From contig OX337242.1 of NCBI GenBank assembly GCA_946965045.2, positions 2,666,001 to 2,730,000 on the forward strand: DNA of 64,000 bases, in the 5' to 3' direction. The stretch comes from Epithemia pelagica (Eukaryota; Protista; Bacillariophyta). Below the pieces are notes generated by a model. It did no database searches and was not told the DNA's origin. It saw only the letters and a program-made list of their open reading frames with translations. Positions 1 through 11,200 of this stretch are shown in pieces. A program made the translations under genes and the position numbers. Every line of letters starts with the position of its first letter. Positions within the stretch are counted from its first letter, which is position 1.

Positions 1-972
1 AGCCGAGAGTCACTATTCGGACCCAATATACTGTCCCAATAGACTAGTATAGGGTCCTTTGAGATGAGGATCAAGCCAGGTCAAGCAACCAATCACCAGA
101 AATCAACAATCAACCTCAGTCAATGGTGCCCACTGGTCCAGATGGCAGCTGTAACCCAAAAGAGGGCGAGAAAATTTTTCAGCCGAGAGTCACTGTTCGG
201 ACCCAATATACTGTCCCAATAGACTAGTATAGGGTCCTTTGAGATGAGGATCAAGCCAGGTCAAGCAACCAATCACCAGAAATCAACAATCAACCTCAGT
301 CAATGGTGCCCACTGGTCCAGATGGCAGCTGCAACCCAAAAGAGGACGAGAAAATTTTTCAGCCGAGAGTCACTGTTCGGACCCAATATACTGTCCCAAT
401 AGACTAGTATAGGGTCCTTTGAGATGAGGATCAAGCCAGATCAAGCAACTAATCACCAGAAATCAACAATCAACCTCAGTCAATGGTGCCCACTGGTCCA
501 GATGGCAGCTGCAACCCAAAAGAGGACGAGAAAATTTTTCAGCCGAGAGTCACTATTCGGACCCAATATACTGTCCCAATAGACTAGTATGGGGTCCTTT
601 GAGATGAGGATCGAGCCAGGCCAAACAACCAATCACCAGAAATCAACAATCAACCTCAGTCAATGGTGCCCACTGGTCCAGATAGCAGCTGCAACCCAGA
701 AGAGGACGAGAAAATTTTTCAGCCAAGAATCACTGTTCGGACCCAATATACTGTCCCAATAGACTAGTATAGGGTCCTTTGAGACAAGGATCAAGCCAGG
801 TCAAGCAACCAATCACCAGAAATCAACAATCAACCTCAGTCAATGGTGCCCACTGGTCCAGATGGCAGCTGTAACCCAAAAGAGGACGAGAAAATTTTTC
901 AGCCGAGAGTCACTATTCGGACCCAATATACTGTCCCAATAGACTAGTATAGAGTCCTTTGAGACAAGGATC
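1..972. repeat. 180-bp tandem satellite: 5 full copies plus a partial sixth; array begins at the window edge
   Basis: Unit AGCCGAGAGTCACT(A/G)TTCGGACCC...AAAATTTTTC restarts at 1, 181, 361, 541, 721 and 901 with few substitutions. The sixth copy breaks after GAGACAAGGATC (~972). All three plus frames contain stops. Confidence 0.97.
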
Positions 973-1761
973 TGACAGAATCAAGCAAAAAGCAACAACC
1001 AAATGATCCTTCGAATGAGTTGCTTGTTGAAGCCAACACAAATTCAAAGTCAATGAAAAAAGAGTTGCTGGAAAGAGATTGCCCTTGCAAGTAGAGCAAT
1101 GAGTGCCTTTGAGCGTTATGCAAAGCTATTCAAATATTCGATCATTCCAAAAGACTTATCTTACAAGACTGTTTTAGCAACAAGATCGACAAAACTGTCC
1201 ATTGTCCATTGTTATGCTGCACTGCACCCATTCAATTTTTGGTGGGTGGGAAGTTTCGAGTGGCAGTTGGTGGTGAGGAAAAATGGGGACGCCAGCCAAG
1301 CCAACACTCGATGAAATTTTTCCTCTTGTGGGAAAGGAAATTTGGTGCGAAAGACAGACTTGGGGAAGGACGACTGTCAGACGATTTAGAGGTGGTCACC
1401 GATACAGAGCCAATAAGGCCATAACCCAGCCAGATTCTTTCCCTGTTCCCTCCTGTTGCCTCAAGAGAGCATTTATGTAAAACTGACAGTTCGCATAGAT
1501 TTTCTTCGGATCATTATTATTTGGCCATAAGAAGAAAATGGCCTGATATTCGCATTTAAGCCTGATTAATCATGATAATTGGTAGCGAATTGTCCGTTCG
1601 TATACTACGTCGCGCATGGTTGGGGAAGCGAGAGTCCAACCAAAACAACGATCAGCCACACACCAAGAAAAAAAGAGAGGCAATCATTTTGGATATCATA
1701 AAACCCAAATCCAACAAACTCACTCACTCGCTCACTTTCATTACCAAAAGCCCAAGTCAAA

Positions 1762-2583
1762 ATGTTGATGCACCAACGTTCTGCCTGCGCCATGGCCGAA
1801 GCCATTGCCGCCAAGGAGGCCCGTCGCAAGGCCTTGCGCGAAAAGAAGCAACGCATGCTGGAAGAAGGCAGCGTCGGTGACATTACCACCTCCTCCGGAT
1901 ACTCGGACAGTGCCGCCAATAGCTTGTCGGTTCCCTCGCATGTCGGTGTCTCTTGCAAACCGTCCTTGACACCCTCCACTTCTTCGTCGTCTTCGTCGTC
2001 GCAACAACAACAACAATCCCAATCGCAACAAACTGCTTCGGGCAGTGGCTATATCAAGACTTTGGAAAGTCAAGTACAAACCTTGTTGACTGGGTTGGGC
2101 AAGGAACTCAAGGCCTTGGAGCAACACGAGGTGGATTTAAAGGCCATTGTCGTGGTCCATACCGATCGAGCCAAGGCTCGTCACACCAGTCAAAATGAAA
2201 CGGGCACGCTCATTTCCTTGCGGCGCATTCATCGCACCAATCAAGAATTGCAGCAGTTGCACCAGGGAATGCACTACTTGCAAGAGGAACGAACCAAGAT
2301 TCAGGCCCTTTTACAAGAATGCGAGAGCGTGAGGACCAATAATGACAAGAAGAAAAAGCTGTTGCAATCGGTATTGCAAGTCAAACTGTCGGATCATGTC
2401 GCCAAGGTCAAGCAATTGTTGGCCGTCTACAGTACCTCGTCCTTTTCTTCGATTGATGAAAACACTCCACCATCATCCTCGCCAGAAGCAGAACAAGACG
2501 AAGTCACGGACGAGGAACTCTTGAAGCAGTTTGCCAGTTCCTTGCAAGGCGAAGCCGAAGGAACTGCCACCGCAAGTCAGTAA
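1762..2583 (+). CDS. 273-aa coiled-coil protein, Snf7/ESCRT-III-like core (tentative); paralogue of 19912..20808
   Basis: ATG-initiated ORF. Core VHTDRAKARH..N.TGTLISLRR and C-terminal TDEELLKQF are shared with the second copy. Confidence 0.65.
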   Translation: MLMHQRSACAMAEAIAAKEARRKALREKKQRMLEEGSVGDITTSSGYSDSAANSLSVPSHVGVSCKPSLTPSTSSSSSSSQQQQQSQSQQTASGSGYIKTLESQVQTLLTGLGKELKALEQHEVDLKAIVVVHTDRAKARHTSQNETGTLISLRRIHRTNQELQQLHQGMHYLQEERTKIQALLQECESVRTNNDKKKKLLQSVLQVKLSDHVAKVKQLLAVYSTSSFSSIDENTPPSSSPEAEQDEVTDEELLKQFASSLQGEAEGTATASQ

Positions 2584-3320
2584 GGACACCTACCACCCTG
2601 GGTAGGTAGGTAGTTACGGGGTACTTGCGTTGTGGCAAGAATCCAGTCTGGGAGAAACATGGGACACAACATCCACGCTGCACACATTCACACACAAGAT
2701 TCTTCATGAACGACTTCACCTAGTTTCATCAGCCATCCTATCGTTCTTGGAACCAGAGCGCATCCGGGAACATGAAGAGAAAGACATCGCTCCAACACTC
2801 TCTCTTTCTCTTTAATTCTCTCTCGTGGTCGTTGCTTTGGTCTATTCTGGGAGACACAAGATCCATGATTATTTTTATTTTAGCATATAGTATTTTTCTT
2901 AGTTTTTGTGATTCCTGTCATTCTCATTCTTGTCTCTTTTTTCTCTTGACACATTTGCAAATCTAGTATCATCTTGTTTGGGGAAGCCACTCCAGATTCC
3001 TCCGCAGTTCGGTTCGTGTTTCTCCTCTTTTCTCTTGACACACCCGCAACCTAGTATCCTTCTCATTTTGGGAAGTTTGTTCCATTCAAGATTCCTCTCT
3101 TGAATTAGTTCGTGGTTTCGTGTCTGACATGTCTGTTTCGCATCCGAAATTGGAAGAAGAGCCGAAAAAGCAGTACGTGAAGTGTGCAAAGTGAATGTTC
3201 AAGATGCAGTGTAATCGTAACCGTGAACGGGACTGCATAGCGTCCCCCCAAGTTACGACTACGTACTACGTAGTACTCCTAAGTACCTAATAGTTGCACC
3301 TCATTGGGTCACGTGTCACA

Positions 3321-3427
3321 GGAATGGACTATCTCTTTCCAGTCACGAAAAATACCGGGAATGGACTATCTCTTTCCAATCACGATCCTGGAGGAATGGA
3401 CAATGGACTGTCTCTTTCCAGTCACGA
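3321..3427. repeat. Three copies of a ~25-28-bp direct repeat downstream of RPS12
   Basis: ATGGACT(A/G)TCTCTTTCCA(G/A)TCACGA at 3324, 3361 and 3403. Confidence 0.85.
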
Positions 3428-3615
3428 GCTGGCGAAGAAATGGAGGAGGGTATCGTCTTATGACTGTCTATACCTAAGCGAGAACGATCCAAGCCTCCAA
3501 GAGCTCCCACAACCAATGCACACAACTGTCGTCCAGCTTTATCCATCCACCATGTTCCTACTGGTAGAGAGTCACATACAAAAGGGTTCTACCAATGGTC
3601 CTATTAGGAAATAGT

Positions 3616-4211
3616 TTACGAAACTTCGGCGCCACCGGCGGCGGCTTGGGATTGCAAAAAGTCGAGGAGGACGGACAAGGCGCGAGTTTCTTGTCCAAAT
3701 TCCGTCACGACACAGCACGAGGTGCGGACGGCTTTCTTGACATTGCCATCGCTGTCGAGTTTGGTCAAGCCACACCAGGAACCCAATTCCTTGCCATCTT
3801 CCACCATAATGACATGGACTTCTCCTTCGGCACAGAGGGCCTTGATGAGCTTTTTGTATTCCTCATTTTCGCAATTTTTGGACAAGCAACACAAGCGGGC
3901 CGATCGACGATCCAAGGCCTTGGCACATTCGTGCAACCCCTTTTTCAAACCACCGTGAATCATGGCCTTTTGAAGAACCTGGACGACGACAACAAGAACA
4001 ACAAACATGAGATGATTCGTTCCTGCATTTCCAAACTTGCACGTTCTTCGTTCCCCAACATCCAATCAACACACAACAGTATACGTACTTCTTTGAGGGC
4101 TTCCAAAACACTCATTTCCACTTCTTCGACTTGGGCGGCACCTTCGCCTTCTCCTCCTTCTTCGGGAGCGGCCGCAGCTGGTTCGGCCGCAGCTGGTTCT
4201 TCGTCCGCCAT
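3616..4211 (-). CDS. RPS12: 40S ribosomal protein S12 (eS12), 2 exons: 4211..4089 and 3978..3616
   Basis: Exon 1 ends ...MSVLEALKE, followed by a GTACGT..CAG intron (4088..3979). Exon 2 reads VLQKAMIHGGLKKGLHECAKALDRRSARLCCL...ELGSWCGL.K.D..G..KK.V..SCCVV, typical of eS12. Confidence 0.96.
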
Positions 4212-5275
4212 CTTGTCCAGAAATGACATCAGAGATTCTTGGTGTTGTGGTGGTTGTTTTGAGTTGGTAGTGGTCGGGGTGGTGACTCTCACTCTGCTGG
4301 CACACAATCGATGCAACAGGGTCCTCGAATGTGACGAGAACGAGCGGCGAGCAATCTTAGTAGAGAGGTAAACGGTAATCACGGACGTCGCACAGACGTT
4401 TTGATCCACGTGTATGTATGTCAGGAGACTCCCAAACGCCAGTTTGTTCTGGGGATGGCCGACGCCCATCACGGCTGATCCGGCGTGCAAGTTGCATCCA
4501 CCCACCGCAATGGCGGCGCGCACCTCTCTTCTGTCATGGCGTGCGTGTTTCCCACAACCCACAATCAAAAAAAAGGAGGAAGCAACCATTGAATCCGCAG
4601 CGTCTTGTTTGGTTGTTGTTGTTGGTTGGTTTCTGGGAAGATTTCTCAACAATCAAGAGACAAGGACAAACAAGACAACAGAACCAACATCCAAACTATT
4701 GATCAATAAGAATTGCTGAGCTCTCTCTCTTGTTGTTCCAAAGTCTGTTCTTCCAATTCCCATTGTTCTTGTCACAGATTGCCAAACGGAACGGTTCTCT
4801 TGAACAAAACAAGGAAGAAGGCGTCCACAAAAAGGAGAATCTGAAAGCCTTGGTTGTCACGGAACGTTTGGAACTTTTATATCCTGTTTCGGTCCTTTCC
4901 CATTCTTCTCGGTTGGTGCAATCGAAGCGGAGAGCGGAGGTGTTGGTTCCTTCTCCCCCAAACCAAGAAAAGACAGCCAAAATAGGAAGGAATCTACCGA
5001 CCTGTCGCGAAACAGTCTGGTTTGTGTGTGTTTGGAGGAAGGAAGGAAGGAATGGAATGGTCCAGGCTGCATAATACTCCAGCGGCATTACCTTCCTCCG
5101 AAACATAGAATAATCAAAACAAGAGGGAACGGCACCGAGAAACGGTGTAAAACGGGTGCGTCCATCCCATGAAACACGATTGACCGCGTGTTACTTCCTC
5201 CCAGTTTACCAACACGACACAACAGGCTGCGGCACGTGTGAATAGTTGTTGGCAACCAATTATCCTGTATCCAGC

Positions 5276-8200
5276 ATGGGCTTTGCCGGTCGCAAAAAGC
5301 GACAAGGCAAGTCGTTACCCATTCCAAACACCACCACGACGGATCAGGCCACGTCGCGATCGTCCTCGCCGTCATCCGCCTTTTGGAAAGCGGCCTTGTC
5401 CAACACCAATACCAAGAAAAGCAATCCAGAAGGAGCAGCGGCTGCATCGAGAACGACAGGAACGGGTGCCACGACCAACCACCATCACCAGAAACGAAAC
5501 CTAAAACAGGTGGCACCCTTGCCGTCGCCACCATCACCACCACAACCAGCCAATGGGCAGCAACGCCCGAGCCGCCACTCGCCTCGAGCCGCAAGCACAG
5601 CAGCCGCATCCCCCCATATGGCAACCAACAACGACGACGACAAGGACCACAAACAAAAGAAGAAACCATCCAATCATGCTGCTGTTCCTCCTCCCGATGG
5701 ATTGGTTTTGCTCGTATCGTCTTCCTCTTCAGCATCGTCGTCGTCCCTCTTGTCACCATCTCCTCAACGAAGAAATCACATGGCTACGGCGGCGGCTGCT
5801 CCCGAATCCGCATCTTCACCACAGCAGCCTCGCAGCAGCAACCACTTGATTTTTTCGGCCACGGAGTTGGCCGCCTTTGACGATGATCACGATGCACCAA
5901 ATGACGAACAACAGGCAGTGGATTGGTGGGAAGTGGACGATACCAGTACCTTGGCGTCGTCCGTCATGGAGCATCAAACCACGGCCAAGACGCCCTTGGT
6001 ATTGAAAGCCAGCGCCACTCTCACCACGCCCCAACCACCACCGCCACCACCATCATCGTCTGTAGTAGACCAACCAGATGCCACACCCGTGTTGCGCAAT
6101 CCTCCTCGTTCTCGTTCTCGGTCGAATACTGTGGCCAAACAACAACAAACGACTCCACAGCCACCGCCTCGCGTGTCGGTGATTGGATCGCCCCAAGACT
6201 TTTTGCCCAATCGAAATCGACAGGGACGACGGCCTGCCACCGAAGGACGACCCCAACGACCAATGACATCGTCGGCTTCGTTGTGGGAGACTGGACACCG
6301 ACGACCACAATCGCAATCGATCCAAAGAGGAGGAGGTAGACCCTCCTCGACCCGATCGGCTCGAACCACCCTCTCGCGAACCACTGGACGACGACACGAC
6401 TTGCCCGGCAATTACTATGTTTCGTCGCCCGCTGCCAAATCATCCTCGTCCTCCGTCTTTGATCGCTTGTATCAAGATGCTCAGATTCGACGACAACGAC
6501 ACGCCACTCGACAACAACAGCAGCAACAAGACGAGAGACAACAACTTCGATCCAGTCGTCGGTGGAGGCACGAACCACAGGGGGACCATTCCGTCGTTTC
6601 GTCCTTGCCGTCGGCCTCGATGCGCATGTCACCCTCGGTTTCCTCGAGCCGTGGGGTGCGTCCATCTTCCCGAAATCAACATGCACAACCACAACCACCA
6701 TTGCCGACACCCAGTTCCCCCGAGGATCGTCGTCGTTGTCGCGAAGCGGCGCACTTGTTTTTCTTTGGTGGTGGTCCTACAGCAAGTTGGGATGCCACCG
6801 AAGGTTCGGTGCAGGATTCCGCCTATTCCTCACGGTTTGACAAGTTATATGCCAATGAGTACGAGACCAGTGCCAGCAAGTATCAACCGCAACACGAGGC
6901 AGCCAGTCAGTCCGTGGCCAGTGGCCAAGAATCGGCCTTGTCGCGACGCGTCAATTATCGACCCTCGCCCATTCAACAACACCATCCCATTCCCTTGCGG
7001 CCGCATCGAACGACAATGACGACACCAAACGAAGGGACGACGAGCAGCAACACCATTCCCCAAAAGAGCAGCAATAGTACTCTGCCGCAAGCGGCGGCGG
7101 CACCGCCCTGGTGCTCGCCATCGGCAGCTTCCACCTCGCGGGCGGCGGCGGTTGGACCAACTGTCCCCGGTCCAGGAGGAGAGTTCATCTCCCAACAACA
7201 TCCTGGAACAACCACGGACAATGGCCGTACAAAGATGAAGCGGGAGGAGAAACCGACTGTCGTCGCAGCCCATGCCATTCAACGATGGTGGCGACGACAA
7301 GAGCAGTGTCATCGTCGTGTGACGGAACAACCAGTTTCATCACCACCCATGGATGAATTTGCCAAATGGAAACAATTGCAAACCGATTGGTTTCGTCATG
7401 TCGTCGTGTCCGAAGACTCGGAAGAAACAGCAGACGAACTGCTCCCACAGCCTCCTACATCGCCGAATGCAGCATTGTCGACAGATCGACAACCACAACC
7501 ACAACAAGCGCTGCTAGAATCTCCGCCGACCCCTCCACACCAACAACTGCCGCTACACGTGGACACGGCTCGTTCCACAATGGCAACGACGACAACAACA
7601 ACAACACCGACACAGTCCCCCGCCGTGGCCAAATTGGCCGCGCGGCTGTCTTCCAGTGGTGGCAGTGGTGGTAGTGGCAAGAGAAAGGTTCATACCGTCG
7701 ACTCGTCGCGAGAATTGCAATGGCAAGAATTGCAACGAGGATGGAGTTCTCTGTCGGCCACGGCTTCCTCCACCCGCTCCGAACCCTGTGACGGACCGCA
7801 AGACCAAAGAACTGCCAACAAGGGATTGCCGATACAGCAACACGAAGAAAATCACCGACAGGAAGAGAACCAAACGGAAGGAGTTCCGTCACACCAGATG
7901 GATAAGAAGGAATGTCCATTGGAAATTTCAGCCATCATTCGGCTCCAGTCCTGGTGGCGGACGAAACATGAGGTGGAACGATATCAGGGTAGATTGGTTG
8001 CTCTACAGAGGTTGCAAATGTGGTGGAGACACTGCCTTCCTGGGCGACTTTCGGCCATTCGAGTCCAGTCCTGGTGGCGATGTGTGCGGAACGAGCGACA
8101 ATTTCAAGGACACTGTGCCGCAATCATGTGTCTGCAAGCGTGGTGGCGCACCGTTCGACAACGCTCTCTATACCAGGGTCTACGTGTCGCTGTCGTTTGT

Positions 8201-11200
8201 TTGCAAGCGTTTGTGCGATGTCGGTTGCTGGTACAACGATACAAGCGACATGGTCATGCCACGCAAAATGTTCAGCAATGGTATCGACACGTCCAGCAAG
8301 AGACTCGTCGAAAAAATGAGGCAGGAAAATTGCTGCAAGCCTGGTGGCGTCGTACCAAGGAACTGGAACGCTCGCGTGGACGTGACATTGCCTCAACCCG
8401 TGTACAAACCTGGTTTCGAGGGCAGTGGTGGAAACGACAGTACCAAGGCAAGCGTCGAGCTGTCGTCCAAATACAAGCATGGTGGCGGCGGCGTGTTCAA
8501 GAAGTTCGAGACTACCAAAGGATGGACAGTGCCGTCACACGGATCCAAAGATGGTACCAGTGTGTTTGTTCTCAACAACGGTATCGCGGCTACCGTCAAG
8601 CTGTGATTCTTGTACAGACCTTTTGGCGCCATGTGTCACTGGATCGACGACAGCGAAGAATGAATGTGGCTGCGACCACTGTCCAATCTTGGTTTCGTCG
8701 AGCTCGTTCTCAGCAAAGATATCAAGGACAGCGTCTCGCGGTGATTCGATTGCAAACGTGGTACCGGCAAAGGCACGCTGTTCGACATGGACAAAGAATG
8801 GACGTTGCCGCAGTTGTTTTGCAATCGTCCTATCGTGGTATCCATTTCTATCGAAGGTATCAACGAAAACGTCTTGCGGTTCTTCAATTACAGGGGTGGT
8901 GGCGTCGTCTCCGAACAATGGCCCGAGAACGAGTTCAAAAATGTGATGAAGCTGCAACCGTTGTACAATCCCGATACCGTGGAGGCCGTGCCTATCAAAG
9001 CTATCACAAACATCGTCTTGCTGTCCTCTTTCTACAGAGTTGGTGGCGTGGAGCATGTGTTCTTCGACAGCAACGGAGAATGGACACTGCTGTCGTGGTT
9101 GTCCAAACGTGGTATCGTCAAGTATATGCCCATCGAAAATATCAACAGCAACGTCTTGCCGTACGGCGGATACAATTTTGGTGTCGTCATTTGATATCGG
9201 CGAGACAGAAGCGAAGAATGGCAAGTACCGCCTTGGTTGTCCAGACGTGGTATCGCCAAGCCAGTGTCTATCGAAAGTATCAAGCTCATCATCACGCCGT
9301 TCTTGTGGCACAAAACTGGTGGCGTCACATACATCAACAAAGACTGAAGTGTTCGGCCACAGTGTTGCAATCCTGGTACCGTCGGATACGCTCTGAACGA
9401 AGATATCGAGGACTACTCCTTGCTGTACTCCGGTTACAATCGTGGTGTCGTGCTATGATCATGGCTCAGCAAAAGAAAAGACGTGACGTTGCAGCAACCA
9501 CTCTGCAACTGTGGTATCGTGGAGTTCACGTCCGTCAGGTATACCAAGGGAAGCGTCTTGCCATTCTTAAGTTACAATCCTGGGGGCGTCGTATGTGTGA
9601 CGCTCACCGCAAAGAGGAGGAGCAACAGAGACGCTCTTCTTCAATCTGTATGATTCAATCGTGGTACCGGCAAATTCAGTGCTGTCAGTCGTATAATGAA
9701 AAACGCCAGGCCGTTGTTCGGATACAAGCTTTGTACCGTCAACTAAACGAGGTGCGATTATATCGAAAGATGATCTTAGCATCGGTTATTATTCAAAATT
9801 GGTGGCGGGCCTTCCATATCGCAGTGGCAAGGCGAACTCATGCTACACATAGAATACAAAGGTGGTGGCGTCACTCCGTGGATATCATGAAGAATGAGCG
9901 AAAGCGGCTTGCCTGTGCGCTTGTGATATCGACACAGTGGCGGCAATATAGAGCACAACGACAGTTCCAGCGTATACAAGTAGCCACAGACATGTTGCAA
10001 CGGTGGTGGCGTTGTGTCCATTTATCAGCAAGATTCAAGTCTTTTGTACGAGCAATCAAACTGATGCAGTTTTGGTGGCGCGCACAGATTCTCAGGAAGA
10101 AACAACTTCAGGCACGTGATGCAGCCAACTGTATCCAGCGACAATGGCTACGGACCATTCGACGGCGTCATAGGGTTCAACTTGCCGCGATCCGTCTGGT
10201 CCAGCGCACATGGAGGAGAAAGCGAAAAGATCAAGTTCTCTCTGCAGCTGCAACGAGAGTTCAAACGTGGTGGCGTAGAGCTCAGAATGTGTTCAGATTC
10301 ATCCGAACTCGTGCATTGGTCAGTGCTTTGCAATCTTTCTGGCGTATGTACACTCAAAGACGATCATATCGAGATATGTTGCTGTCAGCCTTGGTAGTAC
10401 AGTCCTGGTGGCGACTGGAGCTCCGAAAGTCCTTGTCTCGTCAAATTGCGGCCAGCCGTATTCAAGTCTGCTGGCGCTTCTATGATGCTGAAATCAAACA
10501 CAAACGACTACAGTATACCTCAATGGTTAGGATCCAGTCATTGGTGCGAAAGAAAATTGCGATGCGGCACTTGCAGCGATCAAGAGCCGCTGCCACATTT
10601 ATCCAACACAGATGGAGGAAACTGCTCCGACTTCTTCAGATCATGCGATTGCACTCTATCATTCGCATCCAATCTTTATGGAGGAAAGAGACCTGTCACC
10701 ATTTCTATCAGAAACAACGCTGTGCTGCGATCTGTTTGAAGGATTGGTTACGCTTTCGTTATCAGCACCGGCTACGCCGACAATGTTCCACTCTCCTGTT
10801 ACAGAGTTGGTGGCGGAGACTCTCTGCAAAACACGCCTATGAGAAGGCCCAGTCGGCGGTCATCTCTATACAATCATGGTGGCGCCAAGTACTTGCTATG
10901 CTTGAAGCTCACTCACGACGCAAAACACTCCAGTCAGTGACTTTGATTCAAAACTGTTGGAGATCGTTCCATTCGATCATGGTACAACGTCAAGCGGCCG
11001 CGGTACTCATTTCAGCATCATGGAGAAGAGTTCAAGCCCGCCGTCTTGCTCGACAAGCCATTCATGCTTGTGTCAAGTTACAAAGTTGGCGGAGGTCCAT
11101 GACAGCTGCGGCATCCTTTAGGAGAATTCAAGTTGCTACCATTGTTTCACAATCTCGGGTTCGAATGCGCTATGCCGCTAGAAAATTCCAGCATTACAGG

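Noticed and set aside
1-972. Satellite as a coding repeat (180 bp = 60 codons)
   Set aside because: All three plus frames contain stops in every monomer, and the ORF track reports nothing here on either strand
973-1500. Possible coding remnant or retroelement end next to the satellite
   Set aside because: Only short ORFs with frequent stops and no motif I can recognise
3321-3427. CRISPR-like spaced direct repeats
   Set aside because: Only three copies, spacers of 12-17 nt partly made of repeat sequence, eukaryotic context, no cas genes
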